64,000 bases of DNA from Octopus vulgaris (lineage: Eukaryota): contig OX597827.1 in assembly GCA_951406725.2 (NCBI GenBank), positions 60,512,001 to 60,576,000 on the forward strand. Direction: 5' to 3'. The notes beneath the pieces were generated by a model. That model did not search any database, had not been told where the DNA came from, and saw only the letters and a program-made list of their open reading frames with translations. The translations under genes and the position numbers were made by a program. Numbering within the stretch: position 1 is the stretch's first letter; every line of letters begins with the position of its first letter. Positions 13,913 to 27,700 of this stretch are shown in pieces.

Positions 13913-14315
13913 AGGCGCAGAGTGGCTGTGTGGTAAGTAGCTTGCTTACTGACCACATAGTTCTGGGTTCACTCCCACTGCGTGGCACCTTGGGCAAGTG
14001 TCTTCTACTATAGCCTTGGACCGACCAAAGCCTTGTGAGTGGATTTGGTAGACGGAAACTGAAAGAAGCCCGTCGTATATATGTATATGTATGTATATGT
14101 GTGTGTGTGTTTGTGTTTGCCACCCCCAACATCGCTTGACAACCGATGCTGGTGTGCTTACGTCTCCCTAACTTAGCGGTTCGGCAAAAGAGACCGATAG
14201 AATAAGTTCTAGGCTTACAAAGAATAAGTCCTGCGGTCGATTTGCTCGACTAAAAGGTGGTGCTCCAGCATGGCCACAGTCAAATGACTGAAACAAGAAA
14301 AAGAGTAAAAGAGAG
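13913..14315 (+). mobile_element. SINE-A: ~400-bp tRNA-derived CORE-like SINE (representative copy)
   Basis: Head with A box TGGCTGTGTGG and B box GGTTCA.TCC, then CCTTGGGCAAGT, internal (TA/TG)n and an (AAAGAGTA)n tail. Other copies, approximately: 769-1162(+), 9603-10010(-), 10508-11235(-), 15878-16291(-), 18173-18553(-), 22088-22460(-), 26660-27012(-), 35184-35900(+), 38775-39192(-), 54891-55260(+), 62038-62438(-), plus many diverged fragments. Confidence 0.88.
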
Positions 14316-14790
14316 AAAGGAGTTATAGATATGGCTGTTTATAGGTGCAGATGTTACTGTGTGGTAAGAAGTTTGCTTTCAAACTGCATGGCACCCAGTT
14401 CAGTTCCATTGCATGGCTCCTTGGGCAAGTGTCTCCAACTATAGTCTTGTTCATCATCCTTAAACAACCTTTATTCAGGGACCTTTTGAGTGAGATGCGC
14501 TACTCGACCTTAAGAAAATTCTAACTAGGCTCCACCTGCAAGGTCATGCACTGTTTATCTTGATATGAGATCATTTATGGAGTAGAGAGAGAATTCAGCT
14601 ATTAAGAACTTTTCTCTAAAGATTTTCTCAAGAAGGGATCCTAAATCTCAAATATTGAAATACCAGGTAAAACTATTGACCTAATTATTTTTATAACTTG
14701 CTTTGTTTTGGCTTTAAATGATAAAAAAAAAATTAAAATATGAATTTTAATATATATATATATTTTGCAAGGAAAATATATGGTACTTAC

Positions 14791-14974
14791 AAATTAGCAT
14801 CATATCCTTGACAAATTGACAGGCCACAGAGAAAGCGCTTCTGATTTTCAAAATTCTCTCCGAGGTACTTGAGAACAATATTGGCCCCCATACTAAAACC
14901 AACTAAACTCATTTTAGTATCCGGATAAAGTTTTTGTATCTCAAGTGTGATGCTATGGAAATCGTCAGTGTTAC
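14791..14974 (-). CDS. ABHD2: ABHD2-like exon with nucleophile elbow GFSMG (184 bp)
   Basis: Acceptor cctacttag, donor gtaagt. NTDDFHSITLEIQKLYPDTKMSLVGFSMGANIVLKYLGE...CQGYDAN contains the GxSxG catalytic serine. Confidence 0.96.
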
Positions 14975-16069
14975 CTAAGTAGGAAAAAAAGAATATATAT
15001 ATGTATATATATATAATATAAAGTTGCAATAATTATGTAAAGATTTTGAAGTCAATTTTTTTCTAAAAATTTGATTTAGGTGAAATTTAAGCTTTAAAAT
15101 AAAAATTATTTTAAAACAATAAAACTATCCAGCTTTTTTAAAACAATCTATCTTATAATCTATCCAACACTTCACTTCATTTTCTCCCCTCCATACACAC
15201 GCAAGCATGTATCTGACTCATACACTTTTCACTTCCCAGACATTTGTACATTACTGCATATGCTTTATATGCACTTTTGACAAGTTGTGGTACACCAGAG
15301 CACTGTATACAATAATTTCATTATCATTATTATTATTATAATTAAAAAGAAAAAAAGGTGTTTTACATGAATTTAAAACATAAATTCAAATGATATTCTA
15401 CTTTAACATGAACATTTTTTGTAAAGACATAATCTTCTCAAAATAGCAGAAAAACAATCTTCAAACTACTGACTGCTTTCAAATGCTGACAATAAATTAA
15501 GTCTTAAATTTAAGAAAAGGAGGGTCATTGTCTGCCATGACAACAGTAAATCTATTTTACAGAGAGAATTGAGATTTGTCCCAATGGAATTACTATCTGG
15601 TACATAACCTTTCCTGATCAAGCTCTAAATTATGTGGCCTTTGGCCAATTGTCATGAAAGCTTTGCTACTACATCATACTAGCCACATGACAGCCGCTGC
15701 ACAGCACATCAAGCAATGCACTGCCACTGTGCATCACTGCACAACCAATGCACATAACACTGGCCAAGGGGCTTCTGTTGCACATAACACTAGTCAATAG
15801 ACTGCAACTATTTGTTTTTTCATTGGATAGTTCAGGAAAAAGGGGCTGCCCCATGACCTTTGTAGGTGCTTTTTGAAACTCTTTTACTCTTTTATCTGTT
15901 TCAGTCATTTTACTGTGGCCATGCTGGAGCACTGCCTTTAGTTGAACAAATCGACCCCAGGACTTATTCTTTGTAAGCCTAGTACTTATTCTATCGGTCA
16001 CTCTTGCCAAACCACTAAGTGAAGGGGATGTAAACACAGACACACAAACATATATAAACGTACATACAT

Positions 16070-16100
<31 letters not shown>

Positions 16101-17530
16101 TATATATATATGTGTGTATACACACACACGATGGGCTTCTTTCAGTTTCCGTCTACCAAATCCACTCACAAGGCTTTGGTCAGCCCGAGGCTATAGTAGA
16201 AGACACTTGCCCAAGGTGCCATGCAGTGGGACTGAACCCGGAACCATGTGGTTGGTAAGCAAGCTACTTACCACACAGCCACCCCTGTGCCTAAGTATTT
16301 ATATTTTTTTAGATTTTAATTATTTCCATAGGAGGTTTTGGAACATAACAGCCGCAATAGTCAAGGGATTACTATATATGTATATATGTTTGAAGCATAT
16401 TAAAAATACATATGCAAGTCATCACTCAATATTAACTGTTTCTGGTATTGATATGAGAATAGAACAGTTGACACAAATGATAATGAACTAAGTTATTTGC
16501 TTCAAGCTGTCTAGTTTAAGTCTTGCCAAACCGGACTATATTTTGCTATTCTCAGCAGTGATGTAATAGGAACTAATAATTTTGTTACACCTTGACTTTC
16601 AACTAGTTAGAAAAACAAAAACAAAAAAAATAAAACTGTAGTAGTCATAGTTCATTTATGATTGGTTAGTCCATATTACTCTGTAAGGAGCATAGGGCTG
16701 GTTTCCCAGTTACCCTGGCACATATGTGTTCCTCCCTGGATGAGATGCTGGTCCAACACAGGATTACTAATTTTTACCTGCTGAGCAGACTGGAGCAACA
16801 TGAAATAAAGTGTTTTGCTTAAGAACACAATGCATCACAAGCCCCAGGAATTGAAACCACAATCTTATGATCACGAGTCCAGCACCCTAACCACTAAGCC
16901 ATGCGCCTCCACCGTTGGTGTAATAGAAACTGATAATTTTATCAGGCGAACTGGCAGAAACGTTAGCACACCGGGCAAAATGTATAACCATATTTTGTCT
17001 GCCGTTACGTTCTGAGTTCAAATTCCACCAAGGTCGACTTTGCCTTTCATCCTTTCGGGGTCAATAAAATTAAGTACCAGTTATGCACTGGGGTCGAAGT
17101 AATCGACTTTCTTCTCCTCATAAGCACATGTATGCTATAAAGAAAAAAATTTGAAGATGTGATTTTCTTTCAGTCCTACTCTCCGCCCTAATCCTTTTGT
17201 CTGTCCTTGTTTATTCCCTCTATGTTTAGCCCCTTGTGGGCAATAAAGAAATAAGAAACTAATATTTTTATTAGGCCTCAATTTACAATTAAAAAATAAA
17301 AGAAAGAAAGAAAAAAAAACTATATTTGTCATTATTCGTTTGAAGTACCGGTACACTGTATTACTTCAAACACACAGACAAACACTTCTGAACTATGTGT
17401 AACAGAGTATGACACCCATAATTTTCCTTTAGCATTCAGATTACTCTGTAAAATGAAATGCCTATTTATTCACGTTGTTTTGAATTAATCAGGTATTATC
17501 TCATGGTTTTCGGGTTTCAATGATGTTATT

Positions 17531-17891
17531 CTGTTGTGTCTGGGGAGAGTCATTTTCTTTTTGTGCCTTATAATGTAACACACTCACAGGTAAAATTTCC
17601 ACTTATTTCTTATTTTTATTTTCCTAAAATTTTCAATGCGTCTTGCAACCTTTTCAATAAGTTTTGACTCTGTCTGCAGTGTAAATAACGGACAGAGTCA
17701 AGACTTATTGAAAAGGTTGCAAGATGCAACAAAAATTTTAGGAAAATAAAAATAAGAAATAAGTGGAAATTTTATCGGTGAGTGTGTTAAATCATAAGGT
17801 ACAAAAAGAAAATTACTCTCCCCAGAAACAACAGAAAATGCTTCAACACACGAACTCATATAAAGAATCTTGCAAACCAATCCAAAAACGA
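17531..17891. mobile_element. Fold-back element with 12-bp TSD; relatives at ~2568-2810, ~7220-7432 and ~38336-38645
   Basis: ~145-bp inverted arms plus a ~55-bp tail ending GAATCTTGCAAACCAATCCAAAAAC. AATGATGTTATT is duplicated at 17519-17530 and 17892-17903. Confidence 0.75.
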
Positions 17892-19423
17892 AATGATGTT
17901 ATTGTTTACTTTTAGAATGGAATTGTAGGGTAGGTGCGAGAGGCTGGATCTAACAAGTTTGAACATAAAACAGGTGGAATATTTGGGCCAGATATGGCCA
18001 GTTTGAATACTAAAGGGTTGAAGATTTAAGATAGAGATAAGGTGCAGGCATGGACCCTTGTAGTTAACAAGCTTGTGATTTCATGTTCAATCCTTCTGCG
18101 CAGCACAGTGGGCAAATGTCTACTACAGCCCTGGGTTGATCAAAGGCTTGTGAAATTGAATAATTTACATGTTACTCTTTTACTTGTTTCAGTCATTTGA
18201 CTGTAGCCATGCTGGAGCACCGCCTTTTAGTCGAGCAAATCAACCCCAGGACTTATTCTTTGTAAGCCTAGTACTTATTCTATTGGTCTCTTTTGCCGAA
18301 CCACTAAGATAGTATGGGGACTTAAACACACCAGCATCGGTTGTCAAGTGATGTTGGGGGGACAAAAACAGACGCACAAACATATACACACACATACATA
18401 TATACGACAGGCTTCTTTCAGTTTCCATCTAACAAATCCACTCACAAGGCTTTAGTCGGCCCAAGACACTTGCCCAAGGTGCCATGCAGTGGGACTGAAC
18501 CCGGAACCATGTGGTTGGTAAGCAAGCTGCTTACCACACAGCCACTACTACGCTAAACCTGTTAGATTAATTTATTACTTGCTTAGTCATTAATGTTGAT
18601 TTAACTTGGGAATAACATTAAGTTATGAAGTAATGATATAATAGTAAGACTTTGTTAAAAAAACATGAAAAACAAATCATAGTAATATCTCTTAATGTTA
18701 GGCATGCAGTAAACTAGCAACTGACCCACTGGAAACCTATAATCAATGATACTATTTCTCATGCAGGTGTGGCAGTATGGTGTAAGACATAAAAGGCAGT
18801 GAGCTGGCTGAAATGTAAGCACACCAGGAGAAATGCCTAGTGGTATTTCGTCTGCTGCTACATTCCGAGTTCAAATTCCGCCAAGGTCGACTTTGCCTTT
18901 CATCCTTTCGGGGTCGATAAATTACATACCTATTTCTTTACTACCCACAAAGGGCTAAACACAGAGAAGACAAACAAGGACAGACAAACGGGTTAAGTCG
19001 ATTATATCGATCCCAGTGCATAACTGGTACTTAATTTATTGACCCTGAAAGGATGAAAGGCAAAGTCAACCTCGGCGGAATTTGAACTCAGAACGTAATG
19101 GCAGACGAAATACTGCTACGCATTTCACCCGGCGTGCTAACGTTTCTGCCAGTTCGCCGCCCTATAAATTACATACCAGTTACACACTGGGGTCGATGTA
19201 ATCGAATTAATCCCTTTGTCTGTTGTTGTTTGTCCCCTCTATGTTTAGCCCCTTTGTGGGCAATAACGAAATAAGTATGGTGTAAGACATTTGCTTACCA
19301 ATCACATGGTTCTGGGTTCAGTCCCATGATGCGGTGTCTTGGGCAAAGTGTCTTCTACTATAGCCTCAAGCCAACCAAAGCCTCCTGAGTAGATTTGGTA
19401 GACAGAAACTGAAAGAAGCTCAT

Positions 19424-19454
<31 letters not shown>

Positions 19455-19838
19455 GCATGCGTGTGAGTGTCTTTGTGTATTTGTCTCCCCCTCCCACCAC
19501 TTGACAACAGCTGTTGATGTATTTATATCCCTGTCACTTAGTGGGTCATCAAAAGAGACTGATAACAGAAGTATCAGACTTTTAAAAAAATAAGTACTGG
19601 GGTTGGTTCATTTGACAAAAATAATTCTTCAAGGTGGTGCCCCAGCATGGCCGCAGTCAAAATCAAATGACTGAAGCATTTACGATAACTTGCTATATAA
19701 AAATTTACACAAATGCATAAAATAACGTCCCAGATACCAAAAATCAATTCTATTATTGAATCATACGTATATCAAGGAAATATAAAATGCAAAAGATTTT
19801 TGTAACAGATGGAGACATGCAAATGATTTGTAACCTAC

Positions 19839-20003
19839 CATAGTTAAAAACTCGTGGTGAAGTGAGCTTGACATCCTTTAGTGTCCCAAGGTGATTCTGG
19901 ATGACAACACGGTAACCTTGACTCTGTGCATGGCTGACAAATGAACCAATGTAACAGCTCTCACTGTTGCTTCCATGGCCAGGGCACACAACTATTGTAA
20001 AGT
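19839..20003 (-). CDS. ABHD2: ABHD2-like exon (165 bp)
   Basis: Acceptor cctttcag, donor gtaggt. (D)FTIVVCPGHGSNSESCYIGSFVSHAQSQGYRVVIQNHLGTLKDVKLTSPRVFNY(G); in frame with both neighbours. Confidence 0.95.
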
Positions 20004-20044
20004 CTGAAAGGAAGAGGAATAAAAATACAATTAAATAAATATGT

Positions 20045-20465
20045 TATCTATTTATCTGTCTGTCTGTCTATCTACATACACATCTATCCATGTATCTAAG
20101 TATCCATCAATCTATCAATCCCTCCATCTATTTATCTATCAATCTATCAAACAGATCTACCCATCAATCAATCAAATATATCCAGCTATCAGTCAGATCT
20201 ACCCATCAATCAATCAAATCTGTCCATCTATCTATCCATCCATCAATCTATCTATCCAGCCATCAATCTATCCATCCATCCATCCATCAATCTATCTATC
20301 CATCAATCTATTCATCCATCCATCCATCTATCCCTCAATTCATCTATCTATCCATCCATCAATCTATCTATCCATCCCGCCATCAATCTATCTATCCATG
20401 CTGCCATCAATCTATCTATCCATCCCGCCATCAATCTATCTATCTATCCATCTATCAATCAATCA
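20045..20465. repeat. Compound (TCTA/TCCA/TCAA)n tetranucleotide repeat just upstream of an ABHD2 acceptor
   Basis: Directly visible; explains the SIYL/SIHP-type ORFs. Confidence 0.95.
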
Positions 20466-21115
20466 AAACATATTCTATTCCATCCTGGCATGGGTGAGGT
20501 GAAATTTGTTCAGGCAGATTTTCTATGGCTGGATGCTCTCTCTGTTGCCAACTCCCTCCTATTTCTAAACAAAGGAAATATTTCTCCATAGCCAGGCATT
20601 GTTTCTCACAGAACACTAGACACAAACATCATTTGTATGATGATGATGCTTGTCTATAGCCATTACATGATGTCAAGATAAGGGTACACACATACAATGA
20701 GTTTCTTTCAATTTCTATCTACCAAATCTACTCACAAGGCTTTGGTTGGCCCAGGGCTATAGTAGAAGATATTTGCCAAAAGTTCTACAGTGGGACTGAA
20801 CTTGAAACCGCATTATTAAGAAGCTAAACATCTAACTATAATTATGTCGGAGCAGAAATCTGCTCCGGCAATTATTATGACAAACAAATATGCTATGCAA
20901 ATGACCGTTAAATAAAGGGAAAAAAACCCGAAAGGTAGAAAGTAAAAGACGCTCATAGAATTTGCATATGCACCCATGTGCATACATACACATGCATGCA
21001 CACACATCCACGTTCGTGTGCCTATATGCATATGCTCACTCACACTCATGTGAAACACATACATGCACACCCATGCCTATATGTGCATATATATAGTATT
21101 TATTCATATATAGTA

Positions 21116-21153
<38 letters not shown>

Positions 21154-22730
21154 TTAATGTTTGTTCTTATGTTCAGTTATGACGAAAACAATTTTACATT
21201 AATCTGATAGGTTTTGCTGTACTTTTGTAGAAAATTAATTTACCATTCTTATACAAGAATGCTGTTTAAGCCATCCTCAGATGAAAGCTTACCTGGCTGA
21301 AGCTTTGAAGTCACTGTCAACAACATTCTTGTATAAGAATGATAAATACATACATTATGTGTATGTGTGTGTATATATATATATATATATACACTGGCGC
21401 CCGTGCCGGTGGCACGTAAAAAACACCCACTACACTCTCGGAGTGGTTGGCATTAGGAAGGGCATCCAGCTGTAGAAACTCTGCCAGATCAAGATTGGAG
21501 CCTGGTGCAGCCATCTGGTTCGCCAGCCCTCAGTCAAAATCGTCCAACCCGTGCTAGCATGGAAGGCAGTCGTTAAACGATGATGATGATATATATAGTG
21601 TACACAGGCAGAGGGAAGTGAAACAACATCAATAATATATAATTAATACTAATTAAAATCAAAACATTGTCCAAAGGTCAATTTTGTCGTTATCACTGGT
21701 GCCAGCAAGCTGGTGCCAACAAGCAGGTCTGTCTGATATCATTGGCCTCCATCCACTAGACCTGCCAAAGACAGAGACAGCCAGCTCTTCAGTAACACAC
21801 CATCAATGATATTTATGTAATATTTATTCCATTTCTGCATTCTTGGTGTATATTTAAACAAGTTATACAAAGCAAATATCTAAAGCTGAAAAGAAGTGGG
21901 GGGGGAAAAAAAAAAAGAAAAATTTACAGATACAGGTATGGTCATGTGGTTAAGTAGCTCGCTTTGCAAATTGTGGTTTTAGGTTCAATCCCACTATGTG
22001 ACATCTTGGGTGAATGTCTTCCGCTATAGCCCCAGGCTGATTAATGCCTTGTATATGAAGCTGTGTAGAAGTCCATAGTATTTATATACTCTTACTCTCT
22101 TACTTGTTTCAGTCATTTGACTGCGGCCATGCTGGAGCACCACCTTTATTCGATTTATTCTTTGTAAGCCTAGTACTTATTCTATTGGTCTCTTTTGCCG
22201 AACCGCTAAGTTACGGGGACATGAACACACCAGCATCGGTTGTCAAGCGATGTTGGGAGGACACACACAAACACACATATATATATACACATATACATGG
22301 CAGGCTTCTTTCAGTTTCCGTCTACCAAATCCACTCACAAGGCTTTGGTCGGCCCAAGGCTATAGTAGAAGACACTTGCTTAAAGTGCCATGCAGTGGGA
22401 CTGAACCCAGAACCATGTGGTTGGCAAGCAAGCTACTTACCACACAGCCACTCCTGCGCCTATATGTATATTTATATATGAACACATATACAAATATACA
22501 CACATATGTACATATACAGACTCACAATCACGCACACACACACAGAGTAGAATAAGAAATAGAAAGTCTTTGATGCAGTATAACGTATTTGAAAAAAAAA
22601 ATGAATAGAAATGGCTTTTCTGATAATTTTTCTGCTTTAATAAGATGTTTATAAGTTTAATCTTATAAACATCTAATTATTAAAGTGGAAAAATTATCAG
22701 AAAAGCCTCTTCTATTCATTTTCTCAAATA

Positions 22731-23070
22731 TCTATTATATAAAATCCGTTCTGTCTGTCTGTCTGTGTCTTCTAGGTTCTTGGGCATCCTCCATCCGATT
22801 GTGCTCAAATTTGATATGTAGATACCAACGGTATCAGGGCGTTGAAGAAATTACATAAAATCGATTCCAGGTGAGAATGCAATCGATAAAGCATTCTTTG
22901 GAATAGAAAAAAGTCTATCTTTATTTCTTCTTTTGCTGGTGTCTCAAATTTAGGTCAAATCAGTGTTTCTCAAAGGGGAGGCCTATGGGACGGTCGGACA
23001 AGTTGTTTTGAGAAAATTTGGCTTAAATGTTTGACAACTCAGCACCGTCCATTGGATGAGGGGTGTTTTG
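22731..23070 (+). mobile_element. Helitron-like 5' fragment
   Basis: A|TCTATTATATAAAA start followed by (TGTC)n and CCGATT...AAATTTG; 3' end not seen. Confidence 0.5.
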
Positions 23071-23100
23071 CTCGTATATATATATATATATATATATATA

Positions 23101-23500
23101 ACATGTTGTATCGAAAAGTTCCTGGATTAGTTCTGTAGTGTGCCAACAGATGGCAGCACAAGGTTGCATGCACAGAGAGAGCCAGCAGTGACCTTCATGA
23201 AGCAGTGTGCTGAGTGACATTGCCGTGTTTACTTTGTAAGTTATGAAATTTGTGTTGTTTTGACCATGTGTATGCTGTAGCATGTGATTTTGTCTTGGAC
23301 AGGAACAAAGAGCCAAATTGAAATTTTGTTTTAAACTTGAGAAGTCTGTTACAGAGACATTTAGCATGTTTTAGCAAGCTTCAGGTGAAAAGGCAATGGG
23401 TTATACACAGTGTTTTGAGTGGCATGGCCACTTCAAAAGTGGAAGAGTGTCCCTGGAAGACAGTGAGCAATCTGGAAGGCCTGCCACAAGCGACACCTCA
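23101..23500 (+). mobile_element. Degraded mariner 5' end (transposase HTH region)
   Basis: Translates EQRAKLKFCFKLEKSVTETFSMF*QASGEKAMGYTQCFEWHGHFKSGRVSLEDSEQSGRP; follows (TA)n. Confidence 0.75.
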
Positions 23501-24237
23501 GCTTTGTGAGTGAATTTGAGGTTATTAGAAGACCCTCAAAATGTTTAACCCTAACCCCAAATTTGCAAAGCAAACTGCTTCATCACACAACAATACTTTC
23601 TTATATCCAGTAATTATATATGTTGTAATATATATAGTAATTGCAGCATAAAACAGTTTACTATGGAAAGGCTTACACATTTATTGATAAAAATATTTAC
23701 AGCTAGCACAAATTACATATAATAGTAGTAGTATTAGTATTAATAATAATAATAATAATAGTAGTATTAATAGTAGTAACCATTACACGGCACAGCCAGT
23801 AGTTGTGATCTGTGAAAGGGGAAACAAAAATAAATCAAGAAAAAGAATGTGGTATTAGAAGAGTTTTAACCCTCTGTCTGTCCAAAGCATTTCCATAAGT
23901 TTGTCCTGAACGTCCATGCTTGTTTTTAGATTGTTCATTAGCTTTTGTTTCGTATGTTCTGAGTAGCATAAAACTTTCCTTTTATTTCAAAGGTACCAAG
24001 TTACTAGTGGGGGAGAAAATATCAGGAATAGGTATAATGCTGTATTTTCAGGCATACAAGTTGAATTTTTCTGAGCAAAATTTACAGTCAAAATAAGTAG
24101 GTTGACTTATACACCAAAACGACTTTGAAGGACAAATAGTTCCTTCTGAAATGCAGCAGGATTTGGAATGGTAATGACGATGTTTGAAGGTTTACATTAT
24201 GTATTACATTGACTTGTATGCTAGAAAATATGATATA

Positions 24238-24772
24238 CTAGCAGAAATACCCGTCATTGACTGGGTTCAGAAAGAGTCTTCAAAAATTATACCCTGATTT
24301 ATGAAAGTTACTGCTTCGATATTATTGAATGTTTTGTAGCAGAATCTCCGCAACATCTTATTGCCACGTTTCGGCCCCAAAAGTTATATTTTACTAATGG
24401 GTCTGGTGATAGTCTCTTCAGCTCTTTCTCTTTTCCTACGCTGAGATTGCATAGGTAGTCCAAATCTAATTTTTTTTTGGAGGCATTGTAGTAGGGTGAA
24501 TTAATCTATATGACAGGGGACTTAACTCATGTTAGCAAACTTATGGATTTCACCGACGTAAAAATGGTAAAAGTTATGGTTGGACAGCTATTTTTACCGC
24601 TATCCAAGGTTGCCTTGGGAAAAATAAGTTGACAAAAGCACAGCCATGGTTGTGACCAATGTTCTCCTAAAATTGGAGTGACATGCATGCTAATTTGTGG
24701 ACGTGCATAAAGTACATTCCCGTACACACACACACAGATATACACACACATCCTGCCTCTTATAGATATAGA
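24238..24772 (-). mobile_element. Non-autonomous Helitron
   Basis: Minus strand begins A|TCTATATCTATAAG and ends with hairpin ACCCAGTCAATGACGGGT then CTAG|T: canonical TC...CTAG termini in an AT target. Confidence 0.8.
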
Positions 24773-27700
24773 TGATGCATGGACGCCAGAGAAATATGTT
24801 CTGTATATTACATGTGATGCACAGGAAAGGCAGAGGGTTAATTGACAGAAAAATTATCAATTAGAATAATCACATCAATTAATTATCATATATCTCAATG
24901 ATGGTTTGAAAGTAATTTAAAAAGAAAACATAGAAAAAAGAAAAAGAAAAATAGGAAAAAATATTAGAAAATACACAACTGAAGTTATTGCATGGGACAC
25001 TGGATTGAAATCAAAATTGCTTTGTGGTATTTGTTCTGGCTCTTTATGCTTTGAGTTCAAATCCTGTTGATGTCAACTTTGCCTTTCATCCTTCTGGAGT
25101 TGATTACCAATTTAGTATTGTGAGTCAATGATATTGACCACCCACCAACTTGATGTTGCAGGCCTTGTGCCTTTCTAGAAACAACTATTAAACACATACG
25201 TGGCTGTGTGGTTAGGAAGCTTGCTTTGTAATCATGTTGCTTCAGGTTCAGTCCCACTGTGTGGCATCTTGGGCGAGTGTCTTAACTATAGCCAAGAGAC
25301 AACTAATGCCTTCTGAGTGAATTTGGTAGACAGAAAGTGTGGAAGCTCATAGTATATGTGTGAGTGTGTGTGTGTGCGTGCGCATGTGTGTGCCCCCTAC
25401 CACTCAACAACTGGTGTTGGTTTGTTTACATCCCCATAATTTAGCAGTTTCAGCAAAAGAAATTGATAGAATAAGAACCTTGACCAAACCCTTCAAGGTG
25501 TTCTAGCATGGTTGCAGTCCAATGACTGAAACCAGTAAAAGATAAAAACATGACAATTAGCAAACAAACAAAAGACAATTTTGTAATTGTAACCAACAGG
25601 CAGACAGATAAGTATATCTGATCTTGAGTCAAGTACATCAACATCAAAAATCAATGGAAATTGTAGTTGTGATCCCTGTGCCGGTGGCACGTAAAAAGCA
25701 CCATCCAAACATGGCCAATGCCAGCGCCACCTCGACTGCCTTCTGTGCTGGTGGCACGTAAAAAGCACCATCCGAACATGGCCAATGCCAGCACCTCCTT
25801 GACTGGCTTCCGTGCTGGTGGCAGTAAAAAGAACCAATCCGATCATGGCCGTTGCCAGCCTCACCTGGCACCTGTACTGGTGGCACGTAAAAAGCACCCA
25901 CTACACTCACGGAGTGGTTGGTGTTAGGAAGGGTATCCAGCTGTAGAAACACTGCCAGATCACACTGGGGCCTGGTGCAGCCTTCTGGCTTCCCAGATCC
26001 CAGTCGAACCGTCCAACCCATGCTAGCATGGAAAATGGATGTTAAACGATGATGATGATGATTCTAAAACAACTTTGAGGCTACACTTCATAAAGGGAAC
26101 ATGCAGATGCAACAATTCAGTGATAAGGGTTATGATTTTTTATGCTAGTTTTGTCTTCTAATCACTTTTGTTACTGTTAGAACAGCTCCCCATGAAAAAC
26201 TAATGTATTTTTTAGCATACTATTTGACATAGTGTAAAGAAACATTGTCAGTTCTTTCCAATTCCTGCTGTATTTCACACAGGATTTTTGGTCCTCCAAA
26301 GTCATCTTGGTGTATAAGTTGACCTATCTGTTTTGGTGATTAATTTTGGTCTGAAAAATTTGACTCGTATGCTAGAAAATACAGTATTTACAATACCATT
26401 TATTATCCAGAATAAATTATCTGGTTGTAAAGATTTTGCAATCAATATCCAAAGAAATAACTAACATACTAGAGACTAGCATGTTCTCTGTAGGAGATAA
26501 TGAAAGTGCCTCTATGTAGTTGCTTAGGCTGCTAGAAATAGCAGCTTAAATTTCTCAAACCTCTTACTGTCTTAAGGAAGGAAAGGACACATTAGATCAG
26601 TGACTCTCAAGTAGAGAACATATGACCCTTAGGTCATATCTCATATATAATTTCGTTCTCTTTTACTCTTTTACTTGTTTCAGTCATTTGACTGCGGACA
26701 TGCTGGAGCACCACCTTTAGTCAAGCAAATCAACCCCAGGACTTATTCTTTGTAAGCCTAGTACTTATTCTATCGGTCTCTTTTGCCGAACCACTAAGTT
26801 ACAGGGATGTAAACACACCAACATCAGTTGCCAAGCGATGTTGGCGGGGACAAACACAGACACACAAACATATACATATGTACGACGGGCTTCTTTCAGT
26901 TTCTGTCTACCAAATCCACTCACAAGGCTTTGGTGGGATGAGGCTATAGTAGACTGAACCTGAAACTATGTGGTTGGTAAGCAAGCTACTTACCACACAG
27001 CCACTCCTGCGCCTAAAATGCTTTCTATAAAACTTTAATTAATTCATGTCTTGTGTTTTATGCAATAGATATTGATTTCTGCCATGTGTGTGCATGCATG
27101 TGTGTGTGTAATAGAAAGAGAAGGCAAGAATTTAAACCATGGAAAACAGATATATCCATTCAAGATTTCATCACTTTTAACTGTGGAAAGCAGTTTCATG
27201 TAACCAAGATATCTTTTGTCGATGAATGCCATGTTTGAAATTATTTTCTATTGAGATATGGCCAAATTTATTGGGACAATGTGACTTGCAGAAAGCACCG
27301 ATTCTATCATTTTTTTGGTGGATATTTTTAACATCATTACTGGAATAAACTTAATTTTTGCAGTTAAAGGGTTCAAAAGAATTCTAAGAATTTTACAAAT
27401 AAAATTTTAAAATAAGGAGAGAGAAAAAAAAAACTAAACTAATTTTTACAATAATGTAGATATAAAAATTTACTAAATAGACAGAAAAAAATAGCATAGT
27501 CCAAATATGGTTTGCACTGATTTTCATAAAATCTACATTAAAAAAGAAAAATTAGAGAAAAAATTTAGTTCATGTTGGAGCATGCAGCTACTGTGTCTGT
27601 GTGTGCATGAGAGAGAGAAAGAGAAAAAAGGAGGGCAGCAAAATAGTTTTCCAAGGACTAAAATAAGAAAAAGAAAAAAAACTTTCTTTAAATGAATAAA

